A model generated the notes under the pieces. It did not search any database. It saw only the letters and a list, made by a program, of their open reading frames with translations, and had not been told where the DNA came from. A program made the translations under genes and the position numbers. DNA of 64,000 bases from Tricharina praecox (Eukaryota): the NCBI RefSeq assembly GCF_024521635.1, contig NW_026250413.1, positions 248,001 through 312,000 of the forward strand, written 5' to 3'. Within the stretch, counting starts at the first letter, position 1, and the number at the start of each line of letters is the position of its first letter. Below are positions 1 through 12,900 of this stretch, one piece after another.

Positions 1-796
1 CCCCCGGACTACATAGTACGCAGTCACAACGGGTCCTTCACGAGGTCCGAGCCGACGTCGCCGTAGGTACATAGGTAGTCAGGTGGTAGATAGCGCCTAG
101 GTAGCGTAGCTATAGTTTCCTATCAACAGTATCATTCCATCATTCACGCATCAATTGAGTGTTGTCCCAAGCGCAAACTATTCCTCAAGGATTCAGGTGT
201 CTTGGTTCAGTGATACGTATGACCTCGAGTGATGGATGTGGGCAACCGGCAGTGTTGTAGCTAGTAAATATTCCACCTGCCAACAAGGCTGTCCCTCCTG
301 TCCCTCCGGCCACCGAGCAAGGTAGAAACCGTTGCCAGTGCGCGGGGTCCATGAGAGAAAGCCAACACCGCCAAGGGTGTCTCGGCTCGGAGAGACGAAA
401 AATTGGGAAACGGCATGTTCACCGCGAAACATCCTATCCGCTCCGGAATATCACCGACAGCATCAGGTATGCTACCGGAACCCACATCGAGCTCACGGCC
501 AGCTGCTAGAGACAGTGGGGTGGAACCGGATGTTTGTACATCCATGATCTGATAAGGTAGAATGTCGGGACAGAGTGATCTCGTATGTATGTAGCCATTA
601 CGGCAGCAGCCATTCGTCTTCCCCGTCTTCCCGCACCTACATATCTGAGCTGTTGCATCGGATGCATCGGAGGGGCTACCGGCAAAAGAGCCACCAGCAG
701 AAGAATCACCAGCAAATAGAAAAAAAAGTTATGCGCCAAACCCGGATTGAACGGGTGACCTTCAGATTACCCCGGATATTGGATAGGACCGAATTA

Positions 797-827
<31 letters not shown>

Positions 828-991
828 TAGCGCGCTTGATGTCCCACCTTCGCTCGCGTCGTACTCTGAAGCAACTTGCGAGTGATACCGCTCTGTCCCA
901 GCAAAATCCACCATTTCATTGCTAGTATGATGCTATGTGTAGAGTAGGTATCTGATCGCGGTAACTACAAAAATCCAAAAACCCGCAATCT

Positions 992-2577
992 CTACATCGC
1001 ATCTCGGGGCATCCTGGCACCTTGCACCGCCAGCAAATCTGCCATGGAGTTTCCATCGTTGTGGCCAGTATGACCCTTCACCCACTCGAACCTAGTCGAG
1101 CTCCCGTACTGCGACTCCCTTTGACGGATCTTGTCGACAATGGCCTCGACCAGATCGCGATTCTCAACCGGGCGCCCCACACTCGTGATCCAATCATTCC
1201 TAATCCAGGCGTGATGCCACACCGTCACGCATTTGATCGAGTACTGCGAGTCGGTGTAGATGTGAACGTCGCGATGCCCGGGCGCAACATTGAGCGCGCG
1301 GAGGATCGCGGTCAGTTCGGCGCGCTGGTTCGTTTGGCGGGGGCCGGCGAGGGGCTCGGAAATGTTTCTGAAGGAGGCTGTTAGAGTTGAAGGAGTGGGT
1401 ATTCGCAAGTGGAGTTACCGATCATCCTGCTCACCGAACCACACTCCGATACCGGCCATGGACCCGGATTGCCCGTTGTTAAGAGCGCTGCCGTCGGTGT
1501 AGATTTTGAGGACCGCGCTACTCTTTGGCCGGGCGCGCTTCCTATCCACCACAGGCACGTCTTCCGGTGACGACGACGAGCTAAGATCTAGATCGTCGAG
1601 ATGAGGTCGCTTCTTGGACGCGGGGAGGCCATCGCGTCGGGCATCGAAGATGGTCGGTTTGGACGTCAGGATTGCAAGATCATCGTCTTCGTCATCGTCG
1701 TCGTCGTCATCATCGTCGTCATCGTCATCGTCCGGTTCTTCGTCCGGCGGCTGGTGAGGTGGTGAGGGTGGTGATGCTAGCTGTGCCCGCGATTGGGGCT
1801 CTAGTGGTTTGGCGACTGTGGGGCCGCAGTTCACGAACGCCTCTGCCTCCTCTCTCGTCGCAAATGCTCTGCGCCGTCCGTCAGTCTTCCGCCCTCATCC
1901 GGCAAAGACGAGCAAACATGGGAAACACCTACTTGACCTTCGGCTTCGTCACGCCCTTGACCTGCTTCTCCGCCGAGCTCCAATCGGTATAAACGCCCGG
2001 GACCTTTCCACTCCTCACACCATAAAACTTGGCCGTATACGAGCTCGAATTGGGATCAAGAGAAGGGTCCTTCCCGGTGATGAACAGAGCTGCATCTTCG
2101 GCGGTGGGGAACGACTTGACTATTCACAACTCCCACGATCGTTCAGCACGCCGCGTTCCCTCCAACCACACGTGATGACGACGGATGGGAGATGTACGGA
2201 CACTTTGCGCCCTTGAAGCCGCGGATCTGGTTCATGCAATCATTCCAGCTGGTGTAGATACCGGGGTGGTGGCCGGCCTGCACGGCATAGAACTTCGTCT
2301 CGCCCAGCCGTTTTCTTTTTGTTCCTGCACTCGCCGACATGCAGCCGGATCGTGGTGGAGTATGCGATGTTTGCGGGGGGAGGTGGAGGCGCGCAAGTGC
2401 AGCGTTGACCCGGGCGAGCTTTGAATCGGCCCACGAGATGGACGCGGGCGGGGGAGGGGAACGGGGAAAACGCGTAAACCGCGGGCAGCTCAAGGAAGCG
2501 TCAGCACCAACTCTACTACGTCCGCGGAATAGAGTTACTCTGCGGAGCGAAAGAATATACGGAATTCGAGATCTCAT
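992..2577 (-). CDS. RNH1: Ribonuclease H1: two N-terminal hybrid-binding (Cauli_VI) domains plus RNase H domain; 4 exons (2577 or 2340-2202, 2119-1933, 1868-1419, 1367-992)
   Basis: Spliced translation gives KFYAVQAGHHPGIYTSWNDC..GFKGAKFKSF, KFYGVRSGKVPGVYTDW, IYTDGSALNNG, TNQRAELTAI, YTDSQYSI and WVKGH..GNSMADLLA. GT..AG introns keep the frame (383 aa from ATG 2340; 462 aa from ATG 2577). Confidence 0.95.
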
Positions 2578-2582
2578 GCCAT
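2574..2582 (-). promoter_or_regulatory. Minimal uORF (ATG GCA TGA) whose stop overlaps the first RNase H1 AUG
   Basis: Minus strand reads CGC ATG GCA TGA GAT; the RNH1 ATG is 2577-2575. Confidence 0.5.
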
Positions 2583-3552
2583 GCGAAGAGTGAAGCGAAA
2601 AAAAGGCCGACTCACGCGTGGGTCGTGCGGGGGAGGGAAGGATGGGTGCTGGCTTACTTACTATGGGGACTCTAGCAGCAGACTTTTTTTTTTTCGAGCG
2701 AGATGACGTACAGGAAGGACGCGCTTCTGTTTATACTTCTGTTTCGAGTGGTTTAGATGGAGGAGTGACCGATTATTTTCCGTATCAAACGCCAGAGGCC
2801 GATTGATTGATTGATATCTCAGAGCCTGGACCAGGTCTCATTAGCTCCCGTACACACATGGACATGTGGAGCAATCAACAATATCCAGGGCGGAGGCCAC
2901 GGCAGAGCAGAGAGAGAAGGCGGGAGATCATACCAGCCAGCAAGTATTCGACCTCGACAAGCGGGATGAACAGCGAAGCGACGAGGAAAAGAAGAAAGTA
3001 AAGCAAGGTGAGTGATGGAGGATGTAGGGTGGCAGATTGTTGGTGTCAGCGGGGGGGAGGTGGAGGAGCCGGGGGGTGGGGGGTTAGGAGAGGAGAGGGA
3101 GGGGGGGCTTTGTATCGTGGATTCGTGGGGCCGAGAACGAGGAGAGGAGGAATCACAACAAACGCCACAGAGACGCAGCAACAACGAAACTACGAAGGAG
3201 CGGGAGGAGGACACAAGAGAAAAGCAGAAGCAGAACTTCTTAACCGCAAGGGATAAATATGGGAAGGAGCGAGGAAGTTGGAGAAGAAGAGGGGGGGTGT
3301 CCACTGTGTTGAATGGGGGGGTGTTGAGAGGGGGGGGGTTGTGCAAGGTCACCCACCCTCCCAGAACGCCCCCCCCCCCCCCCCCCCAAAGAGAGCTACA
3401 GCTACTCTACATCCGTCTCCCACTCCCCGCACACCCCCCCTTCCCTTTCCTTCCCTTCTTCCCCATAAGCCTACGGTCTGGAGCGGAGTGTGAGTGTGAA
3501 GGGGAGGGGGGGTGTGTGGTGGGTAAGAAGACAGGAGAAGATATGCTGCTGA

Positions 3553-3603
3553 AGAGGAGGAGGAGGAGGAGGAGGAGGAGGAGGAGGAGGAGGAGGAGGA
3601 GGA
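3553..3603. repeat. (GAG)n microsatellite
   Basis: About 16-17 perfect GAG units seen directly. Confidence 0.95.
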
Positions 3604-4517
3604 GGGGGAGGAGAGAGGAGTGGACACCACTCAGACGACCCCCCCCACCAGGGCCACACCAGGGCCACTAACCATACTCGTAGTTGCACCCCCCCTTCCT
3701 TCGTCGAAACACACCACTAAGCAACTTGCAAGAGCGGTTTCTGCTGCATCCCCCATCCCCCCCAACGTCGATCTGTCGCAGCAGTTGCGATCCCTTAAAC
3801 TTCAACCCCCCCCCTCCCCTCCCCCTCCCACCGCGGCAAAAAGGAGAAGGCAAAGGTAGAAGAAAAGTCGACGAGTCGACGAGCCTGCTCTGTCTGGAGT
3901 CTGGTGTAACTAATGGTGTATGCTGGATGGTGTATGGTGGGGGCTTGTCAATGGCAACGACTCGACTCAGCGTACCTACCTAACCTCTTGGTGGGTTAAC
4001 TACTGTGGGTATGGAGAATAGAGTGGAGCACAGGAGAGTAGAGTACAGGACAGTGGAGTGCAGTGGAGTACAGAGTGGAGTAAAGCACAGCACAGTACAG
4101 TAAGAAGAGTACAAGCTGCCGCCGCTGCTGCTGCTACGCTTCCCGGCTCTCTCTCTGGCTCTCTACCCACGCGTGGGGAAGACGTGTGGAGCAGGAGCAG
4201 GAAACGACGAGTGATGGATTGGCCTCAGGGCCTGGGGTACCATACCGTAGTGAGTGAGCACTGAGCACTGAGTGACTGAGCACCATGCGGATTCCAAGCT
4301 TCCAGCCCCTACATAGAGCACGGTACATCCATACATCATACGGTACTCGACCGTCAACCCCACAGGCAGGCCTCGTCCTTTCACGCCACGCCGCACTCTG
4401 CTACCACCTACTGGTACTCCAGTTCGTCGGCCCAGTCAGCCAAGCAACTTGTTCTTACCTCAGCCAGCCAGCCAGCCAGCCAGCCAGTCATCCAGAATAT
4501 CGATTCAACGCGAAGCC

Positions 4518-4586
4518 AATCCACCGAATCCCTCGAATCCACCGAATCCACCGAATCCACCGAATCCCTTGAATCCACCGAATCCA
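4518..4586. repeat. 9-bp tandem repeat (CCGAATCCA)n, degenerate
   Basis: About 7 units seen directly. Confidence 0.85.
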
Positions 4587-5591
4587 TCGAACTCTACTCT
4601 GAATTCTAGAGGAGGAGGGGGGGTGGAGGGCACCCACTCACCCATCCAAGCATCGACCACTCCGCGCGTTGTACCTATGGGGGTCTGCACGCGATCGCGG
4701 ATACTCCGCTTCCTTCTCCTCGCCCTCCTCTTCATCTTCCTCGCCCAGATGACCGAGCTCAACATTCAACAGCCCAACAGCCTAACAGCCGGTTCCGCAC
4801 CCAAGTACATTCATAAGTATAAACCCACAGCATAACCCCACAGGTGAAAATCACAGTGACCGGTAAAGTACATAAAAGTTTCCAGCACGAAAGTTCACAG
4901 CACGCAAGTTCAAAGCTCACAGCACGAAAGCTCAAAGTTCGCAGTTCAAAGCTTCTCTGTGTTAAAAGGTAACCCTGATATTACACTATTTGCATCATCA
5001 ACCATATCTCAACCAACACAACCATATCCCCACCATATTTCATCCCCATCCACCCATCCCATCACCGCACGGCGCACGCACGCGCAAGTATTTAGATGTG
5101 TACAAAATGTATCCCCCGCCCCCGCCCCCGTCCCGCCCTGCCCCTCGTGAGAGGGAGAGAAAAAAATATAATCACCCCAAAGCATCCATGAGATTATCCG
5201 GCCACCGTCCACCGCAGAGTAAGTATCGTACGACGAGTCGAAGACGACGAAGGGGCACACAAAAAAAAGAATAAGAAGAAAGGAAGAAAAAAAAAGGGAT
5301 CCCCAAAACGCCCGGTTCGTCCGAGAAAAACGCGAGCAAAAAAAAGAGAAAGAAAAAGAAAAAAGAAAGGGAAAGGGAGAGGAAAGGAAACGAAAAAGCC
5401 AAATGCATGCATGCTCCGCATATGTCCAATGCGGAAACCAAAACCAAACCATCCAAACGAAACGAAACGAAAAACCCCTCCCAAAAAAAGCAAAACCTAG
5501 TACATCCAAAACATGCGTGGCCACCCCCCGCCCCAACATATGACTGCTGCTCCCGGTATCCCTCCCTCCTCCGCATCCCCCAGTTCAAAAA

Positions 5592-7160
5592 TCAAACATT
5601 AACCATTTCCACCCGGAGAGCCGGTACCGGCACATTACTGTTCCTGCTACTGCCACCTCCGCTCCCCCTGTCCGCAACCGGTCGCACGCCAAAGTCGTCG
5701 TCGGCGTCGGTGTCGTCGACATCCTCGGTCCGGATCATGAAGCGGTTCGCCTCCAGCTGCAAACGCCTCAGCGCCGCCTCCTCGCCGTCGTGTAGCTGAT
5801 CGCTGCGCCTCCGCTGCGGGAGTTCGAGTGCTGGGAACGGGCCATCGTGGCGTTGAATCTGCGACGAAAGCTGATCCCAGCTGTTGTGCAGGCTCCGTCG
5901 GCGCGCGGCGTTATTGTTTCCTCCGTTCAGAGTCGGCTGGCCAACCGAGCCTGCATCTTGCCGAGGCGCACGCCATTGGCTGTCGATCCCGGGTGCCATC
6001 GAGTGACGTCGTTGTGGCTGGGCGATCGGCGCTGTCTCACTTGAATCCCCGCATTCCTCCTCCATGATGATCTGACTCGTCACTGTCCTGCGGAAACTCC
6101 GACCTTTCGCCTCCTTCCAAGTCCGCCGGCCGTGGCTCGGGCGCCCACTCCCACCATCCACCGGCGATCCACTGTCGCTGCTACCACTGCCGCCAACGTA
6201 GCTGTTGCGCTGCGGGCTCAGCGTAGATGTCTTGGGGTACAGGTAGAATCCATATCCTGCGGGATCAGCTCCCAAGATGGATTCGTGCTCCATCTTCTCC
6301 TGTTCCGTGTAAGAAGTCGGCTTCTCGATATCCGCGCGCCCCTTCTCGGTCGCCCTCCTCCTCAATGTGCGTGCTCTCGACGGGACGCCTGCGGACGAAG
6401 GTTTCGAGTAGGGCTTCGTGGGCATCGGGGGCATTGCCCCCTCGTCACTGTCCTCCGACATCCCGGAGAGGTCGGGACTCGATTGGTATCCCCGCGAAAG
6501 CAACCGGCCCAATGAATTCCTCCGCTTCGGCATGAAACTATTGCGCCGGTCGTGCAGGATCGGTGATGCCGGCGGCGACGGAAGCGGGTACAGCGAGAGT
6601 GGTGGTCCCGCTGACTGCATGTTGGACAGTGGTGACGGGTGCTTCCGGTAGTTCTCGGGGACCGTCCAGCTCGGTTTCTTCGCTGGCTGGGGACGGCGAG
6701 GGGGCGCGGCGGCGGCGGCGGCGCACTCGCCGAGACTGGTGGTGGAAGCACCCGCACCGAGACTGCTCGTAGAAGCACCCAAGGCCGAATCGAGACCCTT
6801 CATCACCACCGACGGCGAGGAGGTCGAGGGTGTAGTAGCGGCCGTGGAAGCGTCCGAAGTGAACTCGAGCGAGGATGCCGACGAGGACGAGGACGAAGGC
6901 AGGCTCGAAGCCGCAGGTAGGGACATTGTCGACAGGCGATCGGGATTCCCATAGGGAGACGACGGTTTGTCGGTTTGTGTTTGGGGGAGGGAGTCGAAGG
7001 ACAATGTGGTCTGGATATTGTCCTTCTCGGGGTAGCCGCGCTGTTGCGGCACGGCGGGGGCGGACTTTGAGCTCCGGAAGATGGAGAATATAGACCGCAT
7101 GCTGCTCTTCTTCTTGATAGGGTCCGCAGCCTCTCGTGGGTATTCCTCGACGCTCGGCAT
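5592..7160 (-). CDS. Hypothetical Ser/Pro/Arg-rich, probably disordered protein (~522 aa, single exon)
   Basis: Long ORF with coding-like composition; ATG at 7160 in ACCATG context; several RRxS motifs; no recognised domain. Confidence 0.75.
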   Translation of the reverse strand: MPSVEEYPREAADPIKKKSSMRSIFSIFRSSKSAPAVPQQRGYPEKDNIQTTLSFDSLPQTQTDKPSSPYGNPDRLSTMSLPAASSLPSSSSSSASSLEFTSDASTAATTPSTSSPSVVMKGLDSALGASTSSLGAGASTTSLGECAAAAAAPPRRPQPAKKPSWTVPENYRKHPSPLSNMQSAGPPLSLYPLPSPPASPILHDRRNSFMPKRRNSLGRLLSRGYQSSPDLSGMSEDSDEGAMPPMPTKPYSKPSSAGVPSRARTLRRRATEKGRADIEKPTSYTEQEKMEHESILGADPAGYGFYLYPKTSTLSPQRNSYVGGSGSSDSGSPVDGGSGRPSHGRRTWKEAKGRSFRRTVTSQIIMEEECGDSSETAPIAQPQRRHSMAPGIDSQWRAPRQDAGSVGQPTLNGGNNNAARRRSLHNSWDQLSSQIQRHDGPFPALELPQRRRSDQLHDGEEAALRRLQLEANRFMIRTEDVDDTDADDDFGVRPVADRGSGGGSSRNSNVPVPALRVEMVNV

Positions 7161-9632
7161 GGTTTCCGATAGTGTAGGGTAGACAGGCAAGACGAAAGCC
7201 GGTTGGGGAACAATCCTCTTTCTTTCCTTCCGTGTTACTGGGGGAGGAGGTAGGGGGGGCTCTGGGGAAGATGTAGGTAGTCCGGGTGTGGTGGGGGATG
7301 TTGATGGGTATTAACGGGGGGTAACGGGGTATCGTATATAACTTGTAACGACGAGCGAGCGAGATCAATGAGACGAACGAGCGAACGAGTGGACGGTACG
7401 GTACGGGCACAGCTACCGGGATCGGGATGCGAACGAGTGATGTGGGGGGCACAGCTTTCCGACGTTCCTTCGTGCGAGACAAAGCTAGAGTAGCTGGCGC
7501 CTGTAGATGGTGTTGAGTTGATTCAGTAGTATCTGCTGTCCGCAACCATGATGTGGGTTCCGGGTAGCGATTGCAGTATGTAGATGGCGGCGGAGGAGGA
7601 GGAGGGTACGGTATTATGTGGGGCTAGGAGTGAGATGGGAAGGGACAGGGAAAGACGGGAGGCGGAGGAGTATGAGAGGTGGAAGGAAGGGGAGCAGGAG
7701 AAGACGAATGGGCCACAGGAGAAGACGGAAGGGCTACTCTACAGGAGGAGACGAGTGGTCTACAGGTAACAGGAGAGCAGACGAATGGGCTCCAGGAGAA
7801 AACAAAAATATAAGGTATGTCTGCCGCCGAGGAGGGATAGCGAACCCGCTGCTGGTCGCTTGCTTGGGTTGCTTGCTTGCCTGGGATGCTCTGCCGTCGT
7901 TGCAAAAGAAACAAGACCGCGCGCGCCGCTACGGGATCTTGCGTAGTAGGCTGTAGTTAGTAGTTAGTGGTGATAGTAGTAGTAGCAGTAGCGCAATGAC
8001 CATGTCAGCCAGCACTGGCTGCCTGCCCTCCAAGGATTTTTCCTTCATCCTTCCTTTCCTTTCCTTGAAGCGTGCAGGTGAGACACCACCATCACATCAC
8101 ATCAATAATCCCTACAAAGGACCTTTCCGGCCAGCCAGCAATCGACGACGACGTCGCCTCTCTCTCTTCCTCCAGTAAGAGAAAAAATAAATGCAAGATT
8201 TGCATGTTCGACCCACCGGGACTTTCTTACAGAGACCGGGGGGGTCGCTGGTCCTAATTAAAAACGTGCGGCGGTTGAAGATGTTTGAATTCGACGGGCT
8301 ACAAAGGGGGGCGGAAGGACAAGGTTGGAGGATGGACAGCCGGAGAGTGATCAGTGGCAATGCTGTAACTACGAATAGTACCGTACGGTACCTACTTGGA
8401 GCACTGTAGGTATCTACTCTACATACATGAAGGAACGGGGGAAACGAAACACTGCGCCTGCGTTCGTCGTGCCGACTTGCTGCTTGCTGCTGGATCGCGG
8501 AGGGCGAAGGGCGGAGGGCTTAGAAACGGGCGGCAAGGGAGGGAGGGAGTGCAGATTGCCGACAGAGTGCAGAGTGCAAGCAGGAGGAGCCTAGAGGAGT
8601 TTCCAATGGATTCTGCAGAGTGTCGGTCGAACGATCTCGGCGTTCTCGTGGTTGCTTCAATGCTTAAAGAAGTTACCTGTGATGTGTTGTGCTTGCTGGT
8701 GGAGGAACACAACACAACACAACTCAACAAGCACAACACAGCATAACACGGGCCGTCCGTGGTTCCATCCATTCACCGTGCTACTGTATGTGCTAGTACT
8801 ATATCCGAGACCCCATCGCTCATCGCTCACCATTCACCATCATTACCACTGCCACTGCCATTGCAACCACTAACACTACTGCAACCGCAAACACCACTGC
8901 CACAGCAATTGCCACAGCCACTGCCACTGCCACAGCAATCACCACCACAATCACCACCACCACCTCCACCACCCGCGCCAGCCAGCCCGTTATCGTGTCC
9001 CGCACGTTGTTGCTGGAGCTGAAGCAGTTATGTTCCACATCTCCGTTCGTCCCCCATAACCCCATAACCCCATAAACCGTACGCGCGATGTGCTCATTGC
9101 AGTACCAACAACAACACACCGTCCCGCCGGTTGGCCACCCACCACCACCCACCAACGGAAATCTCTCCCTTCAACCCAGACTGCGGAATCCGTCGCCGCG
9201 CGATCGCACGCCGGCCCCTCCCCTACCTACCTATCTCATCATCCTCATCCAATGCGAATTCATGTCATAATGAAGATCTGGATCGGTGCGATGACGCTAC
9301 CCACCTGCTCCCGACTCGGAGGTGGGTGTAGATCGATAGATAGATAGAATCCTAGACAGATAGGTGGGATGCAGTGGCAGCGTCATTTCGCCCAGACGCC
9401 GTCGCATCGCTGGAGATAGAGTACTCTAGTAAGAAGTAGTGGGTACTTGGTTAGTTAGGCACTGGTACATACTGCGCTCCGTGAGATAGATAAGGAACGT
9501 TCATGATTCGATGGATGTGATGGAGTGTGTGTGTGTGCGGTGGGTGGGTGATGGGTGGCTGGGGGGACCTGCCTTCCGTAGCTATTACCGTAGCTACATA
9601 CCGGTGCTCGAGAGTGGAGTGGAACTGCGGGA

Positions 9633-9988
9633 CCTGGAACTGGAACTGGAACTGGAACTGGACAGAACACGCGCGGAGAAAATTGGAAAAAGCTCGAAGG
9701 GAAAAGAAAAAAAGCCCCGCCAACAGCGATTGACTTTTGACTTTTGACTTTTCGGTCGCGCGTCGGAGCTCGATAAGAGAGGAGGTGGAGGAGGAAGCTT
9801 CGTTGCAGGTGGTTCAACTCGCCCTCAGGTATCTGCTACTTCTAGTGCTGGTAGATGTCGTACTTTCACGCAGCTCATACACGACTCTAGCATACACGTG
9901 CATCCGTGCCCAAAGATAGGTGGCCGAGTATGAACGTTGGGACCTGGATGGAACTTGGAACTTGGAACTTGGAACTTGGAACTTGGAA
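9633..9988. repeat. (GGAACT)n at 9633-9662 and (GGAACTT)n at ~9950-9988
   Basis: Two related short tandem arrays seen directly. Confidence 0.85.
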
Positions 9989-12900
9989 GATGTATCTACA
10001 CTACTGCTAGTCTTACTTGGTATCTCGAGTACCGTGGTTAGTTGATGTCTGTGGACTCTAGCGAAGGGCTTAGGGAAAGAAAGCTCGAAGAAAGAAAAAA
10101 AGAGTCGAGCGCTAAATTAAGCCTGACAGACGTCGGACGGTCGGACGAACCGAAGTTCGAACTGGGAGCCTGGAGCCTGGAGCCTGGGAGCTGATCCAGC
10201 GAAACGTTGCGGACTCGCAGCTTCCTCTTGCGACTCGCGATATGGGAACCACGTCAAGGCGGCGGCGGCGAGTGGGAGATATGTATATAGAGTAGAGTAG
10301 GTACGTGCCGCAATCGCCACCCCCACAAACAACGAAAACGACGAAAACGCTGACATGACATGACGGGCGGAAGCCTGAAGGAATGGGAATGTACCCCCAC
10401 GAATCGCACATCACACATCACACATCTCCCGTGCAGCCGTGCGATGTAAGTACGGTATGTGCAATGTGCTATGCGAAATGTGCACTGCCTGCCAAAAATA
10501 CATATTCTACTCTATTTTACTCTATTATATACCCCACCCCCACCCCATCCTTCACCCGTCTCCACCGTAATCTATGGGAGCCTGGGAGGCAAACTTCAAT
10601 AGATATCATACATACCTCCATACCTCCATACCTATGGCTATAAGTAGTAAGTTCCTATGAGGTAGGTACCATACATACCTTCTACCGGTATCCCCCATGA
10701 ATCCATGATGACAACCGCCCGCGATCCAAGTTCAAAGCAGCCCAGCTGCCCAACATTCATTCTCTCCTGCTCCCTCACTCTCTTCCACCCTCTTCCACTC
10801 TCACTCTTCCCGGTGATGTGATACAATGCAATGCAATGCGTTCGTGGGTGTGGGTATCTATGTCCCATATTACCTCCGTCGCAAATCTCCATTGCCGCAG
10901 TGCAGTGCATGCAGCGTCTGAAGAGAGGATCCGAAATCACATCCGAAATCACCAGAATCGCACTGACTGAAAGCACTAACTGCACAACTGCGCGGGCAGC
11001 GGACAACGGACAACGGTTTCCTCTTGTGTAAAAAGTCGTCGTACTCTACTCTACCCGTCCGTCCGTTTTCGTCGCTCGGGAATATCGAGAGAAAGAGAGA
11101 ACACACACACCTTACGCACCGGCTGATGTGCTGTGCTGTGTTGTGCGTGATGAGACATTGAGACATTGAGACATTGAGACATGAGGCCTTCCACCCCCCG
11201 CCAATGAATGGATGGATGAATGAAAGGAAGGAAGGAAGTGGATGAAGTGGATCCGGATTCCAGATTCCAGATGGCGATTTGGATCAAGTCAATCAATCAA
11301 TCATGGCTCGATGTCTCAGACGCGGCAGCAGCAGCAGTAGTATCATAGCAGCCGCAGTAGCAGCAGCAAATTCGGGTCCGTATGTGCGTACATAATTGCC
11401 CTAACATCAAGGCGTCCCGTATGTATTGTACTCATATGTAGGCTGTATGTAGAGAGAGTAGGTCCTCGGAAAAATCGGAAAATCGGTAAATCGGTACTGA
11501 CTGCCAAAACGGACCGGCCGGCCTGGTAGGTACTCTTCTCGACCTGGCGAGCGAGCGGGCGAAAAGGCGAAAAGGCGAAGGCACTGCCCGCCGTATGTAG
11601 ATACCGGTATCTAGCCTCAACTTGTCGATCCTGATTCCTGATTCCTTCCCGTCCAAACATCACAGCACGGTGTATGTAGTGTACGCACGCACTAACTACA
11701 TCTTTACGCGCCCCGTTATCTATCTGCCTACCGTATCTACATACCAGTACCTACAGGCTACAGCACTGGTAACAGCGTCCGAGACCTTCCCACAGACGCC
11801 CAAACGAATGTAGCTCCCTCGCAACAGCTCTTACCCAGAATCCAGATACCCGGCGCAATCGTCCGGATCTTCGCGTTCGGCCCGCTGCCCAATCCAGTCC
11901 ACTCAATCGTCGGCCCTGTTTCAGTTGTTCAAGCCGCGCAATTTCCGAGCCTTCCGAGACTTCCGAGACCTTCGTTCCGGCCGACTGACTGGAGTTGATC
12001 TGCGATTTCCCACCCTGGCGAGACGAGGCGAGTGCGGGTTTATGCTTCAATCGGCGTCCCCCCATAGTACTTGGTAGGTACATGGTACCTACAGTCGCAA
12101 GTGCAAACCACAATGTTTCAACCCTTCCTGAGCGAACGAGCGAGATTCAGTGCGTGAGCTTCCCGTCCCCTGCCCAGTTGACGCCAGCAGCTCTGAATAT
12201 TGAAATGCCGCGCGCCCGTCCACCCGTCCGCCCACCGGCACGCACGCTTAAGCATGTGGAAGTGAACCCCAGTCCGCCCTGTAGAGAAATGAAAGGGTTT
12301 ATCTCTTTTACCTACTATGTAGCTGGCCGGGGATGAAAAAAAAGAAAAAAGAAAAAAGCACATGTATGATACTCATGCAATCTGGGGCGGAAAGGGACGG
12401 AAACGTGAAAGGGACAGAAACTTGAAAGGGACGGAACAGGACGGAGGGCTGGTCGATTGAGAACGAAGGGGGAGGTGTATTTATTGGACATGTTCCTCCT
12501 ATGACACCTATCTCTGATACATCTCGAACTGGAACACTTCAGGCTTCGGACTCTCCAACTACCTATGGACCTATGGTAGAGTACCTACTCGATGAACCAC
12601 TGACTGGATTTTCCATTGACTGATTTTCCATCGGCGGCGGACATTGTGTGTTTTTCCGTGATTGGAGTGTGAAAATCAATTCGCAACCCCCCCCCCCCCC
12701 CCTATCTGGCTATCTACCTGGTATCTGTCTATCTATCACTCGCCCACTCGCCCACTCGCCCTCCTACCGAGCCCCAAATCTCCTGCCGGGCCCTTCAGGT
12801 TAGAGTACCGGTAGGTAATTGGTTAGTTAACGCGATTCGGTGCTGCTAGACGAGACGAGACCGCGTCCTCCCTCCCTCGCTCCCTCTGTCTTTCCCTCCG

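Noticed and set aside
193-925. Short ORFs at the window start
   Set aside because: No recognisable domain or coherent exon chain.
992-1510. RNase H domain as a retrotransposon remnant
   Set aside because: It has spliceosomal introns and hybrid-binding domains, with no RT, integrase or LTR nearby; it is cellular RNase H1.
3012-3671. 219-aa plus-strand ORF with poly-Arg
   Set aside because: Produced by G-runs and (GAG)n; no true ATG start.
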